Shown piece by piece: positions 1 through 8,139 of a DNA stretch of 64,000 bases. Positions within the stretch are counted from its first letter, which is position 1. Each line of letters begins with the position of its first letter. The position numbers and the translations under genes are program-made. Below the pieces are notes generated by a model that ran no database searches, had not been told where the DNA came from, and saw nothing but the letters and a program-made list of their open reading frames with translations. The DNA is from Candidatus Micrarchaeota archaeon (GTDB lineage Archaea; Micrarchaeota; Micrarchaeia; Norongarragalinales; SBBD01): assembly GCA_041305345.1 (NCBI GenBank), contig JBFYLP010000002.1, forward strand, positions 151,480 to 215,479, given 5' to 3'.

Positions 1-189
1 TTCGCGGGCTTGCTGCTCCTTGCGGGAACGGCTTTGGTGTTCATCTTGCAAACCGCGGCCTTCGCAAAGAAAATATGGGGCTCAAGAAGCGGAATTGCCC
101 TTTTTACAGCCGCCATGGTGTTCCTATTCCTGCTGTCCTGGCTGGCCCTGCTGTACCCCAAATACCTCAGGGTGCTTGGCATTGGTTGA
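1..189 (+). CDS. C-terminal fragment of a membrane protein (5' end outside window)
   Basis: Frame 1 is open from nt 1 to a TGA at 187-189. Translation FAGLLLLAGTALVFILQTAAFAKKIWGSRSGIALFTAAMVFLFLLSWLALLYPKY is hydrophobic and TM-like. ORFs 20..253 and 75..272 overlap it in other frames and look spurious. Confidence 0.3.
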   Translation, partial: FAGLLLLAGTALVFILQTAAFAKKIWGSRSGIALFTAAMVFLFLLSWLALLYPKYLRVLGIG

Positions 190-268
190 TGGATTGCGGT
201 TGCGGGATTGCATTTGCATCGGGGGTGCGGGCGCCATTGGTTTTTGCGATTAATCGGCAACTTGGTTT

Positions 269-1195
269 TTGATTCGTGAAAGGGGGATGCGATTGCAAAA
301 AAATTCAGCGTATTTTTACCTTTTCCTGACAATATTGTCCTGGTCGGCGATACCTGCAATCTCCAGGATTGCCCTTGAGGAGGTCGACAATTACCAGCTG
401 CTGCTGTATACGAGCCTGGTAGGAGTGGTTGCGCTTTTTTGCCTCAATGCGTTCCGGGGAAAAATCCGCTTATTGAAGGGATATGGCATTGCAGATTACC
501 TGAAAATGGGCTTGATGGGGGCGCTTGGGATTTTCCTTTACCACATATTCCTCTTCTACGGCTATGGGAATGCTCCGGCAGGCCAGGCGAACGTATTCAA
601 TTACCTTTGGCCGGTGTTCATAGTGATTTTTTCCGTGCCAATCCTGAAGGAAAGGGTGGAGAAGTGGACGGTCGTTGCGGTGGCAATCTGTTTTTTGGGG
701 GCCCTGGTTGCATTCACCGGCGGGCAGGGGTTCGCGGGCGCTTATGCAGCAGGATACGCCTCGGCTGCAATTGCAGCGGTGTGTTATGGCCTGTTTTCGG
801 TCCTGGGGAAAAAAATGAAATACGACAAGGAGGCGAGCATGCTCATTTATTACGTTGCTGCGCTCGCCTTGGCCATTCCTGCAACAATTGCCTTTTCAAG
901 CTTGGTTGTGCCGAAAAATGCATCCACGCTCATCTCAATACTCGTTCTGGGGGGGATGACAAACTCAATTGCGTTCGTATTCTGGTTCAAGGCGCTTGAG
1001 AGGGGCAATACGCATATCGTTGCCAACCTCGCGTACGCGATTCCCCTGCTGGCAATGGTTTGGACGTACTTCCTGAACGCCGAGCAGTTTTCAGCGAACT
1101 CGGTGCTGGGCCTGATGCTGATAATCCTAGGGATAGCTATCCAATCAATTTGGGCAAAAAAAGGGAAGGAGCGGGGAGGGCCTTTGCCAAAATGA
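269..1195 (+). CDS. EamA/DMT-superfamily transporter (10-TM drug/metabolite exporter family)
   Basis: 308 aa, ~10 hydrophobic helices in two repeated halves, gly-rich loops typical of EamA. True start may be the internal Met at ~287. Confidence 0.7.
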   Translation: MIRERGMRLQKNSAYFYLFLTILSWSAIPAISRIALEEVDNYQLLLYTSLVGVVALFCLNAFRGKIRLLKGYGIADYLKMGLMGALGIFLYHIFLFYGYGNAPAGQANVFNYLWPVFIVIFSVPILKERVEKWTVVAVAICFLGALVAFTGGQGFAGAYAAGYASAAIAAVCYGLFSVLGKKMKYDKEASMLIYYVAALALAIPATIAFSSLVVPKNASTLISILVLGGMTNSIAFVFWFKALERGNTHIVANLAYAIPLLAMVWTYFLNAEQFSANSVLGLMLIILGIAIQSIWAKKGKERGGPLPK

Positions 1196-1342
1196 AGATT
1201 ACGGTAAGCGGCTGGCAGTCCTTTTATGATGGCGCAGGGCAAAATGCGCCCATAGCCAAGGGCGGTTCAGGGAGGGGAAGCAATTAAAAATCGGATTTCC
1301 CTGTTAATTGCGCAAGATTCAGCTTTAGGGGGGAGGCGGGAG

Positions 1343-2425
1343 ATGGGCAAGCTCAATAAGGAAATATACCTGCAGTTCACACGGCCATTCAACTTGTATT
1401 TGGCCGAGTTCTGGCGCTCGCCCCTGCTCGTTCCAAACGTGAAAAAATTCCTTGGAAAGGGGCTTTCGGACCAGATCTGCTATTCCGATGGGAAGACGCA
1501 ATATTATTACAGGCTTGTCTTGGAGATGCAGCTTTTGAAGAAGCACGTGCTCTCCTTGAACCCGAAGGATGCCGTATTTTCGGAGGAGAACAGCAAAACC
1601 TTCAGGGAACGCGTAGGGCGGATGCGGAAGCTGATGGAGCATAGCTTCGAAGAGGACGAAATCCGGCCAATATATCGGAAAGCGAAAAAAACATTCGAGG
1701 AGCTTTATCCATATTATTATTTCAGCTATTTCATCGGGGGGCCCTGGGCTTTTGAATACAGGGCAAAATGGGGGAAGGATGCAAAGAGGGCGCTCCATCT
1801 TCAGTACGAAAACCGGGTATGCTCCGAGGGGCTGCTAAAGCAGTTCTCGAATTTCATCGAACTGCTTTGCATACACAAATTGGGGGATTTTGCAGCTGAA
1901 ATTGATACGACATCCTTGAGGTTTGGGGAGGTGGAGGATTTGCTCCTGCGGGCAAGGGTTCCTAGCAGGAAGCTCGTCAAGCTTAGGGAAAACGGGTATG
2001 TTTACGCGAAGGGCAGGCTGTACCTGAGCGACGATCTCCTCTCAGTCATTCGCAAACACGGCTACTCTTACGAACCCAAGGAGGCAGGAAAAGTTGAGGA
2101 GTTTGTCGGGGAGGTCGTATGCAAGGCCGGGAAGGCACTAGGGAAGGTGAGGCTCATATTCAAGGAAGATGATCTTGGGGCTTTTAGGAAGGGCGAAATA
2201 TTGGTTGCGCCGATGACTCAGCCCATCTATATGCCCGCAATGAGAAAAGCAGCTGCAATCGTGACGGATGAGGGCGAAATCACCTCCCACGCGGCGATTG
2301 CTTGCAGGGAGCTTAGGAAACCGTGCCTAATTGGCACAAATTCCGCAAGCCTGCTTCTCAAGGATGGCGACCTGCTAGAGGTTGACACCGAAAAGGGGGT
2401 TGCGCGCAAGGTCCACAAGAGATGA
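1343..2425 (+). CDS. PEP-utilizing-enzyme mobile (swivel phospho-His) domain protein with uncharacterized N-terminal domain
   Basis: C-terminus GEILVAPMTQPIYMPAMRKAAAIVTDEGEITSHAAIACRELRKPCLIGT matches the PEP-utilizers swivel domain, including the conserved His in TSHAAI. The N-terminal ~280 aa has no ATP-grasp motifs. Confidence 0.7.
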   Translation: MGKLNKEIYLQFTRPFNLYLAEFWRSPLLVPNVKKFLGKGLSDQICYSDGKTQYYYRLVLEMQLLKKHVLSLNPKDAVFSEENSKTFRERVGRMRKLMEHSFEEDEIRPIYRKAKKTFEELYPYYYFSYFIGGPWAFEYRAKWGKDAKRALHLQYENRVCSEGLLKQFSNFIELLCIHKLGDFAAEIDTTSLRFGEVEDLLLRARVPSRKLVKLRENGYVYAKGRLYLSDDLLSVIRKHGYSYEPKEAGKVEEFVGEVVCKAGKALGKVRLIFKEDDLGAFRKGEILVAPMTQPIYMPAMRKAAAIVTDEGEITSHAAIACRELRKPCLIGTNSASLLLKDGDLLEVDTEKGVARKVHKR

Positions 2426-2521
2426 GCGTTAGTTGGGGCTGAGGATGCGGGAATGGGGAATTTTGGGATATTGCCATACGGGAGGAAAGAACGCTTTTGA
2501 GCATTCAGCCGGGTTAGCAGC

Positions 2522-3091
2522 TCAGTTCGCTTTTTCGTTGAGGATGATTTTCTTCGTCATTCCAAACGGGTAGGTTTTAACGACCTTCTTGTCCTCAAGC
2601 CTTTGCAGCACCCGAAAGGTCTTGACTGCCGAAAAACCCGTGCTCAAGGCAAGCTGCTTTTGCGTCGCCTCCCCTCTTTGCCTTACCAGCTGGTCGTACA
2701 TTGCCTTTTCATCGCCGGTAAGCAATGTCGAAATGGTGAAACTCCTAGTTTCCTTGCGGTCCTTTTCCCGCAGGTATTTCATCAGCACGTAGCCGTTTAC
2801 CAGGAACGCTACGCCTGTAAGTAGCAAGCCAAGTGCCTGGATCGAGAGGACCTGTGAAAGGCCCATTTCCGGCGGCCGCTCCCTTCCAAAGAAGGGCCGC
2901 GTGGCATTATCCTGGATGAAGGGGGGGTTTGCTGCGGTTGCATTGAAGCCGCGTTCATTGTTGCCAGGGAATATGGGGATTATCTCATTGCGCCAAATTG
3001 CAAAATACGTGAAGGTCAAATAGGTCATTACAAGGAAGCCGCCGTATATCAGGGAGAAGTATGCAAGCCAGCGCAATTCCTTCATATTCAT
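2522..3091 (-). CDS. membrane-anchored winged-helix transcriptional regulator (MarR/TrmB-like C-terminal HTH)
   Basis: 189 aa. Two N-terminal TM helices, then a C-terminal segment KQLALSTGFSAVKTFRVLQRLEDKKVVKTYPFG resembling a wHTH. Divergent from the ABC operon at 3210. Confidence 0.45.
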   Translation of the reverse strand: MNMKELRWLAYFSLIYGGFLVMTYLTFTYFAIWRNEIIPIFPGNNERGFNATAANPPFIQDNATRPFFGRERPPEMGLSQVLSIQALGLLLTGVAFLVNGYVLMKYLREKDRKETRSFTISTLLTGDEKAMYDQLVRQRGEATQKQLALSTGFSAVKTFRVLQRLEDKKVVKTYPFGMTKKIILNEKAN

Positions 3092-3130
3092 TTCACCTTA
3101 TTACATTTTGACCCGAAATCATTTCAATTC

Positions 3131-3160
3131 ATTACTTATTACAGGTTATTACAGGTTAAT
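3131..3160. promoter_or_regulatory. tandem direct repeat TTACAGGTTA x2 (plus partial third copy) in the divergent intergenic region
   Basis: TTACAGGTTA at 3139-3148 and 3149-3158, preceded by ATTACTTA. Lies between the divergent regulator (2522..3091) and the ABC operon start (3210). Candidate operator. Confidence 0.3.
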
Positions 3161-3209
3161 AATATAGGTAGTTACTTTAATATATTTGTTCCCATTTGGT
3201 CGGGCTTAG

Positions 3210-3956
3210 GTGAATGAATTGCGGGAAAAGGAAAAAAAGGCGGTGCTCGAATTCGAGGATGTGGTGAAAGAGTACCGGATAGGCGACAAGACGCTAAGCG
3301 TGCTGAAGGGGCTCACATTCACCGTAAGGCAGGGCGAATTCACCGTAATAATGGGGCCTTCAGGAAGCGGAAAAAGCACGATGCTGCAACTAATGGGCTG
3401 CCTGGACAAACCCACAACGGGCAAGGTGCGGATTGATGGGGAGGATGCCACGGTTGCAGGCTCAAACAGGCTTGCGGAGATACGGAGGGATAAAATTGGC
3501 TTCGTATTCCAGGCATTCAACCTGCTTCCCAATTTCAGCGCCCTATATAATGTGGAGCTCGCGATGTCAATAAAGGAAATGCCGCATGGTGCGCGGGCGG
3601 ATAGGGCAAAACGGCTTCTTGAGCAGGTGGGCCTTGCGCATAGGGAAGGCCACAAGCCGCCGATGCTATCGGGAGGGGAAAAGCAAAGGGTCGCAATAGC
3701 GCGGGCGCTTGCAAACAATCCCGCATTCCTGCTGGCTGATGAGCCAACGGGCAACTTGGATTCCAAGTCCGGGGAAGAGATAATGAAATTGATCGTGAGC
3801 CTTTGGAAGGAGCACGGCACGACGATCGTAATGGTGACCCACGAGCCGATGGTTGCCCAATACGGCCAGAGGATACTGCATCTGATGGACGGCACGATTG
3901 ACAGGGAGGAAAAGCCCGCAGAAATTTTGAAAAAGTATGATTTGAAGACGAAATAG
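3210..3956 (+). CDS. ABC transporter ATP-binding protein, MacB/LolD-type
   Basis: Walker A GPSGSGKST, ABC signature LSGGEKQRVAIARAL, Walker B LLADEPTGNLD, H-loop VTHE. GTG start. Confidence 0.9.
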   Translation: MNELREKEKKAVLEFEDVVKEYRIGDKTLSVLKGLTFTVRQGEFTVIMGPSGSGKSTMLQLMGCLDKPTTGKVRIDGEDATVAGSNRLAEIRRDKIGFVFQAFNLLPNFSALYNVELAMSIKEMPHGARADRAKRLLEQVGLAHREGHKPPMLSGGEKQRVAIARALANNPAFLLADEPTGNLDSKSGEEIMKLIVSLWKEHGTTIVMVTHEPMVAQYGQRILHLMDGTIDREEKPAEILKKYDLKTK

Positions 3957-3965
3957 GTGGTTGGT

Positions 3966-5300
3966 ATGAAGGAAGGAATGGTTTTTGTGTGTTTGCTGTT
4001 GTTATTGGGAAGCGCACCTGCGGTTACCTATAACCTCACTAATGCAGGGTATTACCCCACAGCTGATTTCGAGGTGAAGAACCTTGTACAGATGCCCGAT
4101 CGGGTTTATCCAGGCGACCAGGTAAGGCTGCAATTTACCGTTGAGAATAAAAGGGCGGGCGGATCGATTTCGGCCCAATTGACGGCATTGGTGCCCTTCC
4201 TTGGGGACAAATTGACATACCTTTTAGGCTCGATGGCGCAGGGCGCCTCCAAATCGGTGAATGTTGATTTTGAGGTGCCTACAGGCACAAAGCCGGGCAG
4301 CTATGAGATATTCCTTTTCGTGGTAGACGATATGAGATCGCAAACACAGGTGGGCGGCATACCGCTCGTGATAAATGAGCCGCAGCAAGGCAGCGTGCTT
4401 GTTGCAAAAATCAACCCCGTCGGGGATGCATTTGCAGGCGATTCCAGGAAGATTGCAGTTGAAATGGAAAATTACGGAAGCCTCGCAGCAACGGATGTGG
4501 TCGTGCAGATGCAATACAGCACGTCGAATTCGATTTGGCCAATTGAGAACGACCGGATGTACATAGCCTCGATCCCAGCGAATGGCAGGGCGGAAGTCGA
4601 GTTCGACATAGGCATAAGCGCTAGCGCAACGCCCGCCTACTACCCCGTCACGCTCGTGATTAATTACAAGATGGACAAGCTCGGGCAGACTGCAATCACG
4701 CAGACTGCATCGCTCAAGGTCCTGGCAAAAACCAATCTCCTCATTACATCGGCCGGGGCAACTGCATCGTCGGATTCAACGGGGGGAAGTACGCTTGCAA
4801 TAACCATTGCAAACACGGGGGATACTGCGGTTAGGAGCGTTTATGCGATTGCATCCTCGGATGATTTTTCAATTTCGGGAATACCAGACCAATTCATAGG
4901 CACGCTGAATCAGGATGACTCCTCCTCGATGTCAGTGGCAATCACCCCCAAGCGCACAGGGATGCCCGCTAACCCCAGCGCTGCGCCCGGCACGGGATTC
5001 CAGCAAGGCACGCCCACTGGCGGAAAGGTGAACATAAAGGTAACATACAAGGATGCGATGAACATCGAGCACACCCAGATCCAATCAATTCAGGTAAGTG
5101 CCGGTGCAGCCTCATCTGCAGGAACAACCGGAGTTGGAAGCACCCAGCGATTTGGCAGGCAGCAGCAGGGCTTTAGGATATTCGGGATTGATTGGTGGAT
5201 GATTGCTGGTGCGATTGTGCTCCTGGTTGGCGCATTCTTCGGATACAAATGGATGAAGAGGAAGGAGCACAAGAACGAAATAATTGTAAAGGGAAGGTAG
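3966..5300 (+). CDS. secreted COG1361-like (S-layer-domain/CARDB-like beta-sandwich) protein with C-terminal TM anchor, ABC-associated
   Basis: Signal peptide MKEGMVFVCLLLLLGSAPA, repeated beta-rich segments, Thr/Ser/Gly-rich linker, C-terminal TM WWMIAGAIVLLVGAFFGYKWMKRK. Sits between the ABC ATPase and the FtsX permease, as is typical of archaeal COG1361 proteins. Paralog of 56825..58378. Confidence 0.6.
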   Translation: MKEGMVFVCLLLLLGSAPAVTYNLTNAGYYPTADFEVKNLVQMPDRVYPGDQVRLQFTVENKRAGGSISAQLTALVPFLGDKLTYLLGSMAQGASKSVNVDFEVPTGTKPGSYEIFLFVVDDMRSQTQVGGIPLVINEPQQGSVLVAKINPVGDAFAGDSRKIAVEMENYGSLAATDVVVQMQYSTSNSIWPIENDRMYIASIPANGRAEVEFDIGISASATPAYYPVTLVINYKMDKLGQTAITQTASLKVLAKTNLLITSAGATASSDSTGGSTLAITIANTGDTAVRSVYAIASSDDFSISGIPDQFIGTLNQDDSSSMSVAITPKRTGMPANPSAAPGTGFQQGTPTGGKVNIKVTYKDAMNIEHTQIQSIQVSAGAASSAGTTGVGSTQRFGRQQQGFRIFGIDWWMIAGAIVLLVGAFFGYKWMKRKEHKNEIIVKGR

Positions 5301-5323
5301 GCCGGTGCGGGAATGGGGCGCAA

Positions 5324-6619
5324 ATGACAATGAAGTTGATGGATGTAGCGGCAATGTCGCTTGCTAACATGAGGGGAAGGAAGCTGCGATCCTGGCTTAC
5401 GGTGCTTGGGATCGTCATAGCAGTTGCATCCATAATCGTATTGCTCTCCCTCGCGTTCGGAGTGGAGCAGCAGGTATCCTCAAGGCTCAACCAGCTCGGG
5501 AATGACATAATTCAGATAACTCCGGGCAATTCGCAGGCAACGCGCGGCTCTGGAGGCGGCTTTGCAATAGCAGTTGGCGGAGGGGGGGGCCCGCCTGGGG
5601 GAGGGATGCCGGGCGGGGGCGCACCTGGAGGGAGCAGGGGCGAATTCAGTTTTAGCAATTCGGAGGGAAAGCTCACGTTCACGGATGCTGAAAGGCTCAA
5701 AATCGTTGAGGGCGTGCTGGCTGTTGACCCAAGGCTTACGGGAAGGCTACGGTCCACATTCAAGAATTACAATGCAACCCTCCAAATAATCGGCATTGAC
5801 CCCTCTGGCTTTAGGCAGATCAATACGGCCCCAATTTACCTGGGGAAAATGCTGAATGATAATGACAAGTACTCGGTAGTCCTCGGGTACAATGTTTGGG
5901 CACGGACATTCGGCGGCCTTCCGATGGTCAATAGGCAGATAAAAATCGGGGATTCGTATTATACGGTTGTAGGAATAATCAACTCGTCTTCGGGATCCTT
6001 TGTGACATCCGATTCCGCGGTTTATATGCACATTGACACCGCGAAAAGGGTTTTGAATGAAAGCACCAGCCTGACCCAGATGTACATCAAGGTAAGGCCG
6101 GGCCAAAACACCGACACGGTCGCAGCCAGGCTAGAGAATAAGCTCATTGAATTGCACCGCGTAACGAAGGCCAAGGAGGACTTCACAATAACAACTGCCT
6201 CCTTCATCCAATCAACCGCATCTGCAGTGACGGAAACGCTCACGTTGTTCCTTGCTGGGATTGCCGCAATTTCCTTGCTCGTTGGCGCAATCGGGGTTGC
6301 GAATACGATGTTTATGAGCGTCCTCGAGCGGACGAAGGAAATTGGGGTGCTGAAGGCATTGGGGATGAAGGATGCGGAAATCACGGCCGAATTCCTAATT
6401 GAAGCCGGGCTGATTGGGCTGGCAGGCGGCGCTTTTGGGATCGTGCTCAGCCTGGTGGCAATTTTCGTGCTCTCGCTTTTCAAGGTGACTGCAATTGCAA
6501 GGCCCGAGCTTCTTGTCGGTGCATTGCTTTTTTCGGGCATCATTGGGATTGTTTCAGGCGTATTGCCCGCAAGGAATGCAGCGAAATTGCAGCCTGTCGA
6601 GGCATTGCGTTACGAATGA
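5324..6619 (+). CDS. ABC transporter permease, FtsX/MacB family
   Basis: N-terminal MKLMDVAAMSLANMRGRKLRSWLTVLGIVIAV, large extracytoplasmic domain with a Gly/Pro-rich linker, C-terminal FtsX 3-TM bundle ending LQPVEALRYE. The ORF table starts at 5192 but the in-frame Met at 5324 matches family N-termini. Confidence 0.85.
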   Translation: MTMKLMDVAAMSLANMRGRKLRSWLTVLGIVIAVASIIVLLSLAFGVEQQVSSRLNQLGNDIIQITPGNSQATRGSGGGFAIAVGGGGGPPGGGMPGGGAPGGSRGEFSFSNSEGKLTFTDAERLKIVEGVLAVDPRLTGRLRSTFKNYNATLQIIGIDPSGFRQINTAPIYLGKMLNDNDKYSVVLGYNVWARTFGGLPMVNRQIKIGDSYYTVVGIINSSSGSFVTSDSAVYMHIDTAKRVLNESTSLTQMYIKVRPGQNTDTVAARLENKLIELHRVTKAKEDFTITTASFIQSTASAVTETLTLFLAGIAAISLLVGAIGVANTMFMSVLERTKEIGVLKALGMKDAEITAEFLIEAGLIGLAGGAFGIVLSLVAIFVLSLFKVTAIARPELLVGALLFSGIIGIVSGVLPARNAAKLQPVEALRYE

Positions 6620-6622
6620 TGG

Positions 6623-7063
6623 GTGGACGGAATGGCGGATAATTCATTGGCAGGATACGTTTTGCTATTGGCATTGTTTGCGGCGCTCTTCTTGATGGGA
6701 TGCACAACGGATCAGGATGCGCAAACGGGCCCGCAGGCTGAATTTAGGCAGAAAGGCCAGCAGGCCGGGAATCCGGATGGCCAACGCCCGCCCGGAAGGG
6801 GAGGCAATTTCAGCAATGGCGAGGATTTTCCAAGGAACGGCAATGGGTCGTTTGGGAACTTGACTGAGGAACAAAGGAAGCTGATGATGGAGCAAAGGCA
6901 GCAGGCATTGATTGGGGCGTGTAAAGGGAAAGCGCAGGAAGATTCCTGCACAATTGCCGACCAGCGGGGCAGCAGGGAAGGGACGTGCAAAATTGCCGAA
7001 GGCCAGCTCATCTGCAATTTGCCAATGCCAAGCAACATTCCAGGGCGCACGCCGCCTAACTGA
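6623..7063 (+). CDS. small secreted lipoprotein-like protein, Gly/Gln-rich with C-terminal Cys cluster
   Basis: Hydrophobic N-terminus with lipobox-like LFLMGC, low-complexity G/Q/N-rich middle, Cys residues at the C-terminus (CKGK..C..C..C). Confidence 0.4.
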   Translation: MDGMADNSLAGYVLLLALFAALFLMGCTTDQDAQTGPQAEFRQKGQQAGNPDGQRPPGRGGNFSNGEDFPRNGNGSFGNLTEEQRKLMMEQRQQALIGACKGKAQEDSCTIADQRGSREGTCKIAEGQLICNLPMPSNIPGRTPPN

Positions 7064-8078
7064 TCTCGCAAAGGCCCCCCGTTTCCGTGCACTTGAATTT
7101 TGCGCCGGGCTTGCAGGCAGTCCAGCAATCGCCGTTGCATAGCAATTCCGATGGTTTGCACTTGGTTTCCTCCAATCCGTATTCCCTTCGGATTTCGAGG
7201 TATTGCGAGTAAGCGGAGGCAACCTCACGCTTATCAGCGCCTTTCAGGATCCTTCGCAGCTCCAAGTAGATCGAGGCATCCTTTGCCTCCTTTTCGGAGG
7301 GATATTGATTGCCCCTGCTGACCCGTATGACTGAAGTGAGCGAGGTTAGCTTGCCTGCACCGATGTAATCCCCCTCCGAATCGCTAATCATTGTCGGGGA
7401 TGTGCTTTCAACAAAGCAGTAGCCGCCGGAACCTGGCAATGCCCCGGATGTGCATTCCAAGCCAACAGCCTCGTGCTTTTCATTGTCGTATTCAAGCATC
7501 GCAACCCCGAATCCCAATTTGGCAAGCAGCAAGGCAAGCAGCCTCGCCTTCTCCGCGCACACCCCCTTGTTGTAAAAAAGGACCTGGTAGGGGTGCTTGC
7601 TGTTTGGAAGGTTCCTATCGTATGCATCCTTATCGTAAGGGATGTTTTGCACGAGCGAGATTGCAGCCCTTGCAAGCCTTGCATTTTCCCAATCCGGATG
7701 CCTCGCCTTCAAATCGATAAGCAATTGCCCAACGAACTCCTGCTGCACTGGCTCGTTGATCACCTGATTGACGACATTTTGCGCAATGGTTTCCTGAGTT
7801 GGCTTTTCATCCTCATCATACCAGTAGGTAAAGCTATCCAAACCGCTCAAATGATCATTTACGCCGCCATAAACCCGAAAATCGAGCACCTCCCTTTCCC
7901 CATCCAGGTAGAATTGGAATTTTTGGATTTTCGGTGAGGTCATAAGGGATTGGGGATCGAGCGTAGGCGAGGGCGAAGGGAAGGGTTGTGCTGCTGGAAA
8001 TTGGAAGGCGGGCATATGCTCGTATGCATAATAGCCTGCTGCAGCCAAAATGAGCAGAAGAAATGGCAGTTTATTCAT
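7056..8078 (-). CDS. secreted transglutaminase-like (papain-fold) domain protein
   Basis: Signal peptide MNKLPFLLLILAAAGYYA. Motif NKGVCAEKARLLALLLAKLGFGVAMLEYDNEKHEAVGLEC resembles the transglutaminase-like core Cys...His. C-terminal Cys-rich tail. Confidence 0.4.
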   Translation of the reverse strand: MNKLPFLLLILAAAGYYAYEHMPAFQFPAAQPFPSPSPTLDPQSLMTSPKIQKFQFYLDGEREVLDFRVYGGVNDHLSGLDSFTYWYDEDEKPTQETIAQNVVNQVINEPVQQEFVGQLLIDLKARHPDWENARLARAAISLVQNIPYDKDAYDRNLPNSKHPYQVLFYNKGVCAEKARLLALLLAKLGFGVAMLEYDNEKHEAVGLECTSGALPGSGGYCFVESTSPTMISDSEGDYIGAGKLTSLTSVIRVSRGNQYPSEKEAKDASIYLELRRILKGADKREVASAYSQYLEIRREYGLEETKCKPSELLCNGDCWTACKPGAKFKCTETGGLCEIS

Positions 8079-8139
8079 ATGGTAAGAATTCCGGCTGGCG
8101 TTTTAATAGATTGCATTGCCGGCATTTTAATGGAACAGA

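Noticed and set aside
20-272. ORFs 20..253 and 75..272 (Cys/Trp-rich translations)
   Set aside because: They overlap a better hydrophobic frame-1 reading (1..189) and have non-protein-like composition.
3206-3895. Antisense ORFs within the ABC ATPase gene, and similar long antisense ORFs inside alaS, the helicase, hydrogenase and ribosomal genes
   Set aside because: Opposite-strand shadows of strongly supported genes. Translations are low-complexity (Ser/Pro/Arg-rich) with no motifs.
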